IMG/VR virus record: IMGVR_UViG_3300030329_005959
Span: 32,001 to 96,000 of that record
Reading direction: 5' to 3' (one strand)
DNA length: 64,000 nucleotides
DNA from: a virus
Every line of letters begins with the position of its first letter. Position 1 is the stretch's first letter. Positions 9,546 through 18,585 of this stretch are shown here, piece by piece. The notes under the pieces were generated by a model. It saw only the letters and a program-made list of their open reading frames with translations, was not told the origin of the DNA and ran no database searches. The translations under genes and the position numbers were made by a program.

Positions 9546-10486
9546 TGAAAGAAAAAATTAAAGAAATAGAACAGGCTCTTGATGCCCTTTTGCTCGATCA
9601 AGAAAACAGAGTAGATAGGTTTGATGCAAATTACATTGATGACTTTCACTTTATTCTGAAAGAAACCCATTCAATTAAAAAAACCGAAGACGAACACAAC
9701 GACAGTTTCAACAAACTTAAAAAGCTCGTTGGTGGGAATTCAAAATCTGTTAAAGAACTAGGCGAAACTATAAAAACCATAGAAGGATTAAACATATCTA
9801 AATATAAGCCAAAGGAATCTGACTCATCTACTAAATCTGAGCATAAGTATGATCAAACTTCTAGTTGGGACTCAGCTAAAGACCTCAAAGTTAATGACCA
9901 AAATAAAGATAAACTTAATCAACTTCAGGTCGATTATTCGGTTCTTAGTCATGCTAATCAAAAAGTCGCCCCTTCAGTTTTTTGGAGGCGCGACGGTTTA
10001 ACTGATGAAAAAAACCAGCTATTTAAGGATTTTTGTGCTGGAAAAAAAGTCCTATGCATAGGGCCAAGATGGGCCGAAGAGGTTTCATATATATCTAACA
10101 CCTTTAAGTGTGAAGCTCTTGGGTTAGATCTTTTTTCGAATAACAAAGATCTAGTAAAAGTCGGTGATATGCACGATATGCCTTTTGAGGATAACACCTT
10201 CGATGTAGTATATCAAAAGAACACTTTTAACAAATCTTACGACATTAGAAAATGTTTAGACGAGTGCGTGAGGGTTTTAGTCAATGGTGGCGTTATAATT
10301 TCTGACGAACTATTAGGATATAATATTGGAGTCAATGAAATTGCCCGAACGAGTATAAACAGGAATTCTTGGTATACCTCCTATCTTGATAAAACAGTAG
10401 ATGAGATTTTGTGTGACAAAGAAGTGTCCATAAACGCAAGCTGGGTGGATCTTGTTGGACTATATGCTGTTAAAATAAAAAAATAG
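9545..10486 (+). CDS. SAM-dependent methyltransferase with helical N-terminal extension
   Basis: VLCIGPR, GLDL, GDMHDMPFEDNTFDVVY, ECVRVLVNGG. Confidence 0.8.
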   Translation: MKEKIKEIEQALDALLLDQENRVDRFDANYIDDFHFILKETHSIKKTEDEHNDSFNKLKKLVGGNSKSVKELGETIKTIEGLNISKYKPKESDSSTKSEHKYDQTSSWDSAKDLKVNDQNKDKLNQLQVDYSVLSHANQKVAPSVFWRRDGLTDEKNQLFKDFCAGKKVLCIGPRWAEEVSYISNTFKCEALGLDLFSNNKDLVKVGDMHDMPFEDNTFDVVYQKNTFNKSYDIRKCLDECVRVLVNGGVIISDELLGYNIGVNEIARTSINRNSWYTSYLDKTVDEILCDKEVSINASWVDLVGLYAVKIKK

Positions 10487-10488
10487 CT

Positions 10489-11178
10489 ATGAAGTCTATA
10501 GAAAACACTCTTTTTTTTATTCAAGCGAGGACTCAATCGACAAGAGTGCCTAACAAAATGTTAAGGCCGTTTGCTGATTCGAACTTATTTGAAATAGCTG
10601 TTAAAAAACTACTCAAGTCAGAGGTCATACCTAAAGATAATTTTTATTTATCTATAATGGATGAGGAGTTGATTAAAATAGCAGAAAAGTATAATGTAAA
10701 CTATTTTACGAGAAGCGAAGAGTCTACTCAAGAACCAGTTACTTTACCGAAAGTGTTTGAGTGGCACGACAAGCTACCGTTTACACACTATGTGAATGTA
10801 AACGCTTGCAATCCACTTCTTAAAATAGAAACCATAGACAGTTTTATCCAAAAATTTTTACAAACCAAATCAAGGGGACTGTTTGGTGTCTTTGAGAAAA
10901 AAACTTTTCTTTTTGGGTGTAATCACTCAATGTTAAATGAGTTTTATGGAGGCGAAAGACATTTATCCACACTGGAAACCAAGTTTGTGGAGACCTGTTA
11001 TGAGGCAGCTCATTCTTTGTATGCTGGTTGCGTAGAAGATATCAAAAAGCACATTTATATGGGCTCATTTACTAGCGAAAATGATCCTGAGTTCTTTATT
11101 CTTGATGAAAAAGAGTGTCTAGACATTGATTGGCCTTGGCAATTTGAAATGGCGGAAAAACTTTATTCAAATTCATGA
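10489..11178 (+). CDS. Acylneuraminate/nonulosonate cytidylyltransferase (NeuA/PseF-like)
   Basis: IQARTQSTRVPNKM, NPLL, LDID. Confidence 0.85.
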   Translation: MKSIENTLFFIQARTQSTRVPNKMLRPFADSNLFEIAVKKLLKSEVIPKDNFYLSIMDEELIKIAEKYNVNYFTRSEESTQEPVTLPKVFEWHDKLPFTHYVNVNACNPLLKIETIDSFIQKFLQTKSRGLFGVFEKKTFLFGCNHSMLNEFYGGERHLSTLETKFVETCYEAAHSLYAGCVEDIKKHIYMGSFTSENDPEFFILDEKECLDIDWPWQFEMAEKLYSNS

Positions 11179-11984
11179 AAGCAGTAATAATTGGTGGAGG
11201 CTCCATTGGTCAGCGACATGCGGGGAACTTAAAAGGTTTGGGTGTTAATACTAGAATTGTAGATATTGATGAAATAGAAACCATAGACTCTATCTTAAAT
11301 AATGGCTTTGATTTTGGTTTGGTTTGCTCACCGAATCTATATCATATAGAACATTGCACAAAATTAGCGGAATATAACATTCCAACCTTCTGTGAAAAAC
11401 CTTTTTATTCTGACGTTGACGGAGTGGCTTCTCTTTTAAAAACTGTTGAAGAAAAAAAATTAATCACAATGGTAGCGGCGAACTTAAGATTCGCGGACGA
11501 GGTGAAATCTATTGATTCTACAGCTAGCTATATTAATGTCCACTTTGGCTATGACCTAAAAAAATGGAGACCAGATTCGGACCACTTGCTTTCTTATAGT
11601 GCCAATAAAGCTTTAGGTGGAGGCATTCTCCTAGACGCTATACACGAACTAGATTACCTTTATTTTAAATTTGGTAAAATACAAGACATTTTTTATAACA
11701 AAAGCAAGTTAACAAATATCACAAATGATACCGAAGATTTGGTTGTCGGGCGCATTTATTTCGAAAGCGGAACTATAGCTGATTTTTCTCTTAACTATCT
11801 CTCGGAGGATTATCAAAGATATTACGATATTTTAGAGGACGGCGTTTTAAAAAGAAAAAACATAAATATCAGCAACCAGATGTATATAGACGAAATGACT
11901 TATTTTATTGATTGCGTGGTATCAAATACCCAAGGTATGAATAGTTTTAATGAGGCAAACACACTGTTAACTACAATTATTTAA
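11175..11984 (+). CDS. Gfo/Idh/MocA NAD-dependent oxidoreductase
   Basis: IGGGSIGQRH, CEKP, GGGILLDAIHELDY. Confidence 0.85.
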   Translation: MKAVIIGGGSIGQRHAGNLKGLGVNTRIVDIDEIETIDSILNNGFDFGLVCSPNLYHIEHCTKLAEYNIPTFCEKPFYSDVDGVASLLKTVEEKKLITMVAANLRFADEVKSIDSTASYINVHFGYDLKKWRPDSDHLLSYSANKALGGGILLDAIHELDYLYFKFGKIQDIFYNKSKLTNITNDTEDLVVGRIYFESGTIADFSLNYLSEDYQRYYDILEDGVLKRKNINISNQMYIDEMTYFIDCVVSNTQGMNSFNEANTLLTTII

Positions 11985-12809
11985 ATGGAAAATTGGGTCG
12001 AAAATAAAAAAGTGCATGATGCAGAATGGGGTATGCTCTATGCTTATTGTATGGCTAATGCTGCCAAATATACCAACATAAAAGAAGAGTGGGCGAATTT
12101 ATTCAGTTTTGAAATGGGGCACCCCCTTACCTTGAGATATATTTCAGAAGGTAAGCATAAGATTAACGGGAAGGAAGGATATTTTAAAAGCAAAAATAAA
12201 CATCTGCAAAACAGAATTGATAAATATATCACCCCAACGACTGATGCTATACTAGACTTAGGCGCTGGCTGGGGAAGGCACAGCATTCAGTTGGCCTTTA
12301 ATAATCCCGATTACAATATAATCTCGGGCGAACTATCAGATACAGGGAAGGCTATCCTAGAATATTTTATCGAAAAATATGATTTGTCTATCACAATCGT
12401 TGATTTTAATTGGCATGACCATAAATCTATAATTGATTTTTTGTCTCAGCAGTTTAGCTACGACGAAGGCAAAACTTGGTCTAACTTTAAAGAGATAATT
12501 ATTTTTACTAGCAATGCTATAGAGCAGATACCCAACATTAAGTTGGAATTCTTTACAGATTTATTGAGTTTGCCTATTAAAAAAATTAGCGCTATTCACA
12601 TCGAGCCTGTGAAGTTTCAATATGATAATGCTGATTTTCCCTTCTCCGAGGAAAATGCTCATTACAACCGAAACCTTAAAACGGTATTAGATAGTTTAGT
12701 ATCTTTGGGTCTTATTAAGATCAAAGATGTGATACCGCTCTATTGGGGGCACAGTTTAAATATAGCATCACAAAACAACACTCTAATAGAATGGGTAAAA
12801 CTTTTATAA
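11985..12809 (+). CDS. SAM-dependent methyltransferase
   Basis: ILDLGAGWGRH motif I; IEQI; HIEP. Confidence 0.7.
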   Translation: MENWVENKKVHDAEWGMLYAYCMANAAKYTNIKEEWANLFSFEMGHPLTLRYISEGKHKINGKEGYFKSKNKHLQNRIDKYITPTTDAILDLGAGWGRHSIQLAFNNPDYNIISGELSDTGKAILEYFIEKYDLSITIVDFNWHDHKSIIDFLSQQFSYDEGKTWSNFKEIIIFTSNAIEQIPNIKLEFFTDLLSLPIKKISAIHIEPVKFQYDNADFPFSEENAHYNRNLKTVLDSLVSLGLIKIKDVIPLYWGHSLNIASQNNTLIEWVKLL

Positions 12810-13786
12810 TAGCTGAAGCAGGGGCAAATCACAATAGAAATTTTGACCAAGCGCTTTCTTTAATAGATGTAGCAAAAGAATCAGGGGCAACTGCGGTAAA
12901 GTTCCAAACTTATTCTTCAGAAACCCTCTATGCAGCAAGCACCCCAGATTTTGCGGGTTACAAAAACATAAGCAAACTAATAAAAGATATAGAGCTTCCC
13001 AGATCTTGGCAAAAAGATCTGAAGGATTACTGTGATGAGAGTGGGATTGAGTTTATGTCTACGCCTTTTGACGAGAAAGCTGTAGAAGAGCTTGTTGATT
13101 TAGGGGTTAAAAGACTTAAAATCTCAGGCTTTGAATCTACAGATCCTCGCTTTGTAAAATTAGTGGCGTCTACGGGTTTGCCAATTATAATGAGCATTGG
13201 AATAGGGTTTGACCTTAAATACGTAGAGTCTTTTTTAGAAATTTTTTCAGCGTATAACAATCACCTAACATTACTACACTGTAACAACGCTTACCCCACC
13301 CCCATGCAAGATGCAAACCTGCGGCAGATGGGGGTTTTATCGACGTATAAAGGTGTTGACGCAGTAGGTTTTTCTGACCATACAATTTCGACCCTAACCC
13401 CTTCTTGGGCGGTTGCTTTAGGAGCAACTGTTATTGAAAAACATTTTACTATAAGCCGCAAACTACGAGGACCAGACCACCCTTTTGCTCTTGAGCCTCT
13501 TGAACTTAAAGAAATGGTGGACAACATCCACTTGGCTGAACTAGCAATTAAAAACAAAGGTTCTGGCTTTACAAAATCTGAGAGGCCGTTTTCTAAAGCA
13601 ATGAGATCGGTGGTCTCTCTAGGGTCTATAAAAAAAGGAGAGGTTTTAACAGTTACTAACACTACTACCAAAAGGCCGTTTTTGGAGAATTCGGTTCCTG
13701 CATTTGATTATTTTAAGGTATTAGGTAAAATAGTTACAGAAGATATAGAAGACGACCAAATCTTAAACAAAAATCAAATCAAATGA
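12791..13786 (+). CDS. neuB: Nonulosonic acid synthase (NeuB/PseI family) with C-terminal SAF domain
   Basis: IIAEAGANHN, VKFQ, STPFD, LHC..AYPTP, GFSDHT, IEKHFT, GPDH; start ATG 12791. Confidence 0.93.
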   Translation: MGKTFIIAEAGANHNRNFDQALSLIDVAKESGATAVKFQTYSSETLYAASTPDFAGYKNISKLIKDIELPRSWQKDLKDYCDESGIEFMSTPFDEKAVEELVDLGVKRLKISGFESTDPRFVKLVASTGLPIIMSIGIGFDLKYVESFLEIFSAYNNHLTLLHCNNAYPTPMQDANLRQMGVLSTYKGVDAVGFSDHTISTLTPSWAVALGATVIEKHFTISRKLRGPDHPFALEPLELKEMVDNIHLAELAIKNKGSGFTKSERPFSKAMRSVVSLGSIKKGEVLTVTNTTTKRPFLENSVPAFDYFKVLGKIVTEDIEDDQILNKNQIK

Positions 13787-14610
13787 GCGACTTACAAAAA
13801 AGAATTGTAGAAGAATTAAAAGAAGACGGGATTTCTATCACTCATGTAGACGAATTATTTGGAGATACCTCTCGAAACTATTTTTCTAATTCTTTGTTGT
13901 ATTTTAATGAATTTCTATCCTCTCCACACATTAAAGAAAGATGTGATAGGATATCTTCAGGAAATCCCATCCAAGACAAGAATAAATGGTTTGAGGTAAC
14001 GGTTTATGAGTATTTGAACAGGGGCCTGAGTCTGGATGACGGAGATGTAATAAGAATGAACTTGTCTCCCGAAATTCTTTCTATCGCGGAAGCTTTTTAC
14101 GGGACTCTCCCTAAAGTTAGGAACATTCTTACTTGGGTTCACCCACAAAACCCCTCTACATCAGAAATTGGATCGCAGCGTTGGCACCGAGACAAAGAAG
14201 ATGAATCCATTTTAAAAGTTTTTATTTTATTTTCTGAAGTTGGCCCTAAAAACGGTCCCACGCAATTTATCAAGAAGTCGCAAGCGGGTGGAAAATATCA
14301 AGATATTTCATCTTTAGGAGGCGACGGATATGGGGGGTTAAACTATGAAATTCCAGAGGGAGAGCTTGTCTCTTGTGAGGGGACGGTAGGGACAATAATT
14401 TTTATGAACAACAATGGGGTTCATAAAGGAGGGTTGGTAAAAGACGGTATCAGAAGCCTAACTCACGCTTGTTTTCTAAAGCCTACAGCTCCCTTTCTCA
14501 ATAATGGAGTGTTGCCCTGTTTTGAATATGATTCCCAAGTTAATCTTTTAGACAGAGAGGGTGAGTCCTATCAAAATTTAAGCGATACCCAAAAATTTGT
14601 TCTCTCATGA
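13783..14610 (+). CDS. 2-oxoglutarate/Fe(II) dioxygenase (PhyH-like)
   Basis: WHRD, LKVFI, NGP, distal HKG facial triad. Confidence 0.75.
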   Translation: MSDLQKRIVEELKEDGISITHVDELFGDTSRNYFSNSLLYFNEFLSSPHIKERCDRISSGNPIQDKNKWFEVTVYEYLNRGLSLDDGDVIRMNLSPEILSIAEAFYGTLPKVRNILTWVHPQNPSTSEIGSQRWHRDKEDESILKVFILFSEVGPKNGPTQFIKKSQAGGKYQDISSLGGDGYGGLNYEIPEGELVSCEGTVGTIIFMNNNGVHKGGLVKDGIRSLTHACFLKPTAPFLNNGVLPCFEYDSQVNLLDREGESYQNLSDTQKFVLS

Positions 14611-15269
14611 CCGCTTTGGTAATATCGCAAGATAGACCTTGGACTCGCCAACTAATTAATAGTCTGGATAACGAGGAACATGAGATTTTTTATTCTTCTT
14701 TAATATCTCAGGAGTTAATTGAAAATATCGGCCCTGATTGGATATTTTTCTTTCACTGGTCCGAAATTGTTCCTAAAACTATATACAAAAATTATAAGTG
14801 TTGCGTAATCCACACTGGCAATTTACCTAAGGCGAGAGGAGGAAGTCCTCTGCAAAATCAAATATTAGAGGGCGTGACCGACACCCAAGTAAATATTATT
14901 GAAATGTCAGGTGAGATAGATGCTGGCGGGATATATTGCTCTGCTCCTATTTCTTTACAAGGGAGTATTACTGATATATGGCTTTCAATAGCTGATGTAA
15001 CCTCTAATTTAATAAACTTTTGTATGTCTGCAAACCCGAAAGCGGCTCCACAAAGGGGGAAGTCCCAAACATATAAACGCATTAAAAATAATAGTGTTAA
15101 CTTTAATATTGAAAAGCCACTTTCCTTCGTTTATGATCAGATTAGAATGGTGGATGATGATTTTTATCCTAAATGCCATTTGGACATCAATGGTTTTAGG
15201 TTAGAGTTTAGCAGGGCAAAACTGAAAACAGATAAAATTTTAGCCGATGTTACAATTACCAAAAAATAG
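14607..15269 (+). CDS. Sugar N-formyltransferase (Fmt-like)
   Basis: HTGNLPKARGGSPLQNQI, IDAGGI. Confidence 0.85.
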   Translation: MTALVISQDRPWTRQLINSLDNEEHEIFYSSLISQELIENIGPDWIFFFHWSEIVPKTIYKNYKCCVIHTGNLPKARGGSPLQNQILEGVTDTQVNIIEMSGEIDAGGIYCSAPISLQGSITDIWLSIADVTSNLINFCMSANPKAAPQRGKSQTYKRIKNNSVNFNIEKPLSFVYDQIRMVDDDFYPKCHLDINGFRLEFSRAKLKTDKILADVTITKK

Positions 15270-15912
15270 CGACATATTAATTTTAGCTGCTCATCCCGAT
15301 GATGAAACATTAGGGTGTGGCGCTACTGCGGCTAAACTCTCAGAGGAAGGTCACAATATCCACTTAATGACATTCACTGACGGGGTTGATGCCAGAGACG
15401 AAAAAGGAAAGGAAAACAGAAACAACAGGCTGGGCCGTATCTCCGAGATACTAGGAATTAATTCGTTTAATCATGGAGATTTTCCCGATAACAGCATGGA
15501 CGTTGTTCCCTTGTTAAAACTTTGCAAATACATAGAAAATCACTGTCCTTTTGCACCTGATTTAATTTTTACCCACCACCCCGATTGTCTTAATATAGAT
15601 CATGAAATGGTTTACCGAGCCACTTTAACCGCCTTTAGGCCGCAGTTTGGGTTAAGACAAACAATTTTGTCTTATTTTGTCCCGTCTTCAACCGATTACA
15701 ATCCTCAGGCTAACTTTAACGGGAATGTCTATGTTGACATCAAAGGCTATGTGGATAAAAAGCTAAAAGCGTTATCGGTTTATGACGAAGAGATGAGAGA
15801 ACACCCTCACAGCAGAAGCTACACTAATGTAAAAAATTTGTCTTCTACATGGGGAAGCGAAGTCGGCTTAGAGTCTGCTGAGAAATTTCAACTAATAAGA
15901 TCTGTTTCTTAA
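15247..15912 (+). CDS. PIG-L/LmbE-family N-deacetylase
   Basis: AAHPDDETLGCG, THH...NIDH. Confidence 0.9.
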   Translation: MLQLPKNSDILILAAHPDDETLGCGATAAKLSEEGHNIHLMTFTDGVDARDEKGKENRNNRLGRISEILGINSFNHGDFPDNSMDVVPLLKLCKYIENHCPFAPDLIFTHHPDCLNIDHEMVYRATLTAFRPQFGLRQTILSYFVPSSTDYNPQANFNGNVYVDIKGYVDKKLKALSVYDEEMREHPHSRSYTNVKNLSSTWGSEVGLESAEKFQLIRSVS

Positions 15913-15913
15913 A

Positions 15914-16444
15914 ATGATAGAAGGCAAGAAAGTAAATTTAACTAAAGTTGACAGAGAGAATATCGAACAACTTAGGGAATGGAGAAACAACCCGTTGTTG
16001 AGAAAATATTTTAGAGAACACCGAGAGATCAACAAAGATAATCAATCTTGTTGGTATGAAAGCAAGGTGTTGGGAGATCCTAATCAATATAACTTTGAAA
16101 TAAGGGCCAACAAAAACTCTGAACTAATCGGGCATTGCGGCCTTTATTATATTAATTGGATTAGCAGGACTGCTGAGTTTGGCATTTATATTGGAGATAG
16201 AGCCTATAGAAATGGAGGTTATGGTTCGGACACCCTTAGAACTTTAATTGGTTATGGATTTAAAGATTTAAATTTAAATAGAATTTGGTGCGAAGTTTAC
16301 GACAACAATAAATCCATTGAAGTATATAAGCATATTGGCTTTAAATACGAGGGCACATTAAGACAAAACTATTACAACGAAGGCCGCTATTGGGATGCTC
16401 ATGTTCTCGGTATGCTGAAAAGTGAATATGAATCAATCTCTTAA
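15914..16444 (+). CDS. GNAT N-acetyltransferase (PseH/RimJ-like)
   Basis: WRN, AEFGIYIG, RNGGYG, LNLNRI, YKHIGFKYEG. Confidence 0.85.
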   Translation: MIEGKKVNLTKVDRENIEQLREWRNNPLLRKYFREHREINKDNQSCWYESKVLGDPNQYNFEIRANKNSELIGHCGLYYINWISRTAEFGIYIGDRAYRNGGYGSDTLRTLIGYGFKDLNLNRIWCEVYDNNKSIEVYKHIGFKYEGTLRQNYYNEGRYWDAHVLGMLKSEYESIS

Positions 16445-17195
16445 AGACAGCAAAGTATTAATTGTAGGGACTTCCAGTTCGGTAGCCCAATACGATAAAA
16501 AATTCCTCCAAGAAAAACGAGAAAACGGATATAAGATATTATCTTATTCTGGCAACTCTCTTATTTATTTATACGACATTGGATTTAAGCCTGATTTTTT
16601 CATTTTTTTCGACCCTTTTGCCTATACTATTGGAATAGGAAATATGGGGGAGCGATGCAAAGATTGGCTAAAGGAAACGACATATATAGGGTATGAAAAC
16701 AGCTCCTTTGAGTCTTTGTTGGCTACTAATAAATTCTTAAACGGAAGCGAAAGTTTTGGATTCACTGATTTTTTAAGAAACGACTCTTTGGTTAACCTCT
16801 ATAAAGACAATCCTCCTTCAGAAATCTTTAAAGAGTGTTTGTGTGAAAATCCCACAACCGTAAATTTTGATCAGATAGAAAATTTAAACTTGTCAGACAG
16901 GCTTTACATGATAAGAAACTATGGTAATGAATTAGACAAATTTACCTATTATCTTCTGCCAGTAATTTTTAATTTCTTCAAAAACCTTTCGACTTTAGAG
17001 TGTTTGGGTTTTGGGACATTTGGGTTCGACCGATACAGGGGAACATCAGGGTCTTATTCCGAATATGTAAGAGCATATGATCAAATCTTACCTCATTTGA
17101 ATAATGTCAAAATAAACCAAAATGTTGACATTAAATTAGAGGATGATAGTTATTTCAAAAAAGTCGAAACTCTCTTTTCTAAAGATATTTCATGA
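16428..17195 (+). CDS. Hypothetical protein, possible second Maf/sialyltransferase-like enzyme
   Basis: KVLIVGTSSSV, PDF..FFD and LGF echo DUF115/GT42-type motifs; weak. Confidence 0.4.
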   Translation: MNQSLKDSKVLIVGTSSSVAQYDKKFLQEKRENGYKILSYSGNSLIYLYDIGFKPDFFIFFDPFAYTIGIGNMGERCKDWLKETTYIGYENSSFESLLATNKFLNGSESFGFTDFLRNDSLVNLYKDNPPSEIFKECLCENPTTVNFDQIENLNLSDRLYMIRNYGNELDKFTYYLLPVIFNFFKNLSTLECLGFGTFGFDRYRGTSGSYSEYVRAYDQILPHLNNVKINQNVDIKLEDDSYFKKVETLFSKDIS

Positions 17196-18238
17196 AAAAA
17201 ATAATTATAACAGGGGTGACAGGTCAAGATGGTAGCCATATGGCAGACTATTTACTCCAGAATACAGAGCACACCGTCATTGGTGGAGTAAGAAGGTTAA
17301 GTGTTGAAAACCACAAGAACATCAAGCATTTAGAAAAAAACCCTCGTTTTTATCTTATTGATTTAGATGTAACGGATGCTCATAACACTGATAATGTAAT
17401 TTCTAGGGAAAAACCCGATTATTTTATTAATTTTGCTGCGAATTCTTTTGTGGGCAGCAGTTGGGATATGCCTGTAAATCACATGCAGACTAATTGCATG
17501 GCGGTTCTCTACCAGTTAGAAGCGCTTCGAAAGCATACCCCTCACTGCCGTTATTACAACGCAGGTAGCTCTGAGGAGTTTGGGAACGTTGTGACGACTC
17601 CGCAAGCAGAAGATCATCCCTTGCGCCCCAGAAGCCCATATGGAGCCTCTAAATGCGCTGCCCGACATTTGGTAAAAGTTTACCGAGACTCTTACAAACT
17701 TTACGCGGTTCAGGGTTGGTTATTTAATCACGAAGGTGTTCGCAGAGGGGAAGAATTTGTTACTAGGAAGATCACAAAAAATGTCGCCAAAATTTTAGCA
17801 CAATATGAAACGGGCAAAGTTGTGGTCCCGATGCAATTAGGCAATTTAGACGCGAAGAGGGACTGGAGCGATGCGGAAGATTTTATTAGAGGCGTCTGGT
17901 TGATGTTAAATCAAGATAGAGAAAACCCGAAGGACTACGTTCTTTCCTCTAATGAAACACACACTATAAGAGAATTTATTGAGGAAGCTTTTAATTTTGT
18001 AGGTTTCCACAGAAACGCTTGTGAATGGAAAGGGGAAGGTCTTGAAGAAAAATACATGCACGGTCGAGATTGTTTTGTGGAAATTAATTCAGATTTTTAT
18101 AGGCCAGCAGAGGTTGACTTGCTTTTGGGCGACTCAACAAAAGCGCGTGATGAGCTTGGGTGGAAACCAAAAACCACATTTATCCAGCTTATCAAAAAAA
18201 TGGTTGACAAGGATGTGGCGTCAGTTATTACTGGGTAG
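17192..18238 (+). CDS. gmd: GDP-mannose 4,6-dehydratase
   Basis: ITGVTGQDGS, PRSPYGASK, FNHE..RRGEEFVTRKI, GNLDAKRDW, RPAEVDLLLGD. Confidence 0.95.
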   Translation: MKKIIITGVTGQDGSHMADYLLQNTEHTVIGGVRRLSVENHKNIKHLEKNPRFYLIDLDVTDAHNTDNVISREKPDYFINFAANSFVGSSWDMPVNHMQTNCMAVLYQLEALRKHTPHCRYYNAGSSEEFGNVVTTPQAEDHPLRPRSPYGASKCAARHLVKVYRDSYKLYAVQGWLFNHEGVRRGEEFVTRKITKNVAKILAQYETGKVVVPMQLGNLDAKRDWSDAEDFIRGVWLMLNQDRENPKDYVLSSNETHTIREFIEEAFNFVGFHRNACEWKGEGLEEKYMHGRDCFVEINSDFYRPAEVDLLLGDSTKARDELGWKPKTTFIQLIKKMVDKDVASVITG

Positions 18239-18585
18239 TGCCGAAGTCTAAAGGCCCGAATAAACGGGATATCATTTTTCGTCTTATAGAAGTTCCCGAC
18301 AAAGGGAGGCGACCATTTTTCGCGAGGGAAATGAAGTTGCTTAACGATCTTTGTGATCGCTATTCTTTGGAGTTTATGAATATTGTAAACTTTGGGAAAA
18401 AGTTTGATTCTCTGGCTTATCTTGTTAGCCCGAAACTTAAGAACTCTCTTGATGAAAAGTTTAGAGCCTTCAATTTTAAGGTTGATTTATCCAAGTATGA
18501 AACCTATGATATAGGGGAAAAAATAGGTGACGATGCGGTCATTTCACAAACCCCCAAAACAGTAAAAGATTTTTTAGATGAGTAA
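18238..18585 (+). CDS. Hypothetical protein upstream of recA
   Basis: 115-aa ORF coupled to recA; TTGACA at 18204 upstream. Confidence 0.6.
   Translation: MPKSKGPNKRDIIFRLIEVPDKGRRPFFAREMKLLNDLCDRYSLEFMNIVNFGKKFDSLAYLVSPKLKNSLDEKFRAFNFKVDLSKYETYDIGEKIGDDAVISQTPKTVKDFLDE

Noticed and set aside
14607-15269. fmt (Met-tRNA formyltransferase)
   Set aside because: Only 220 aa, lacks the full C-terminal tRNA-binding domain, and is paired with a sugar deacetylase.
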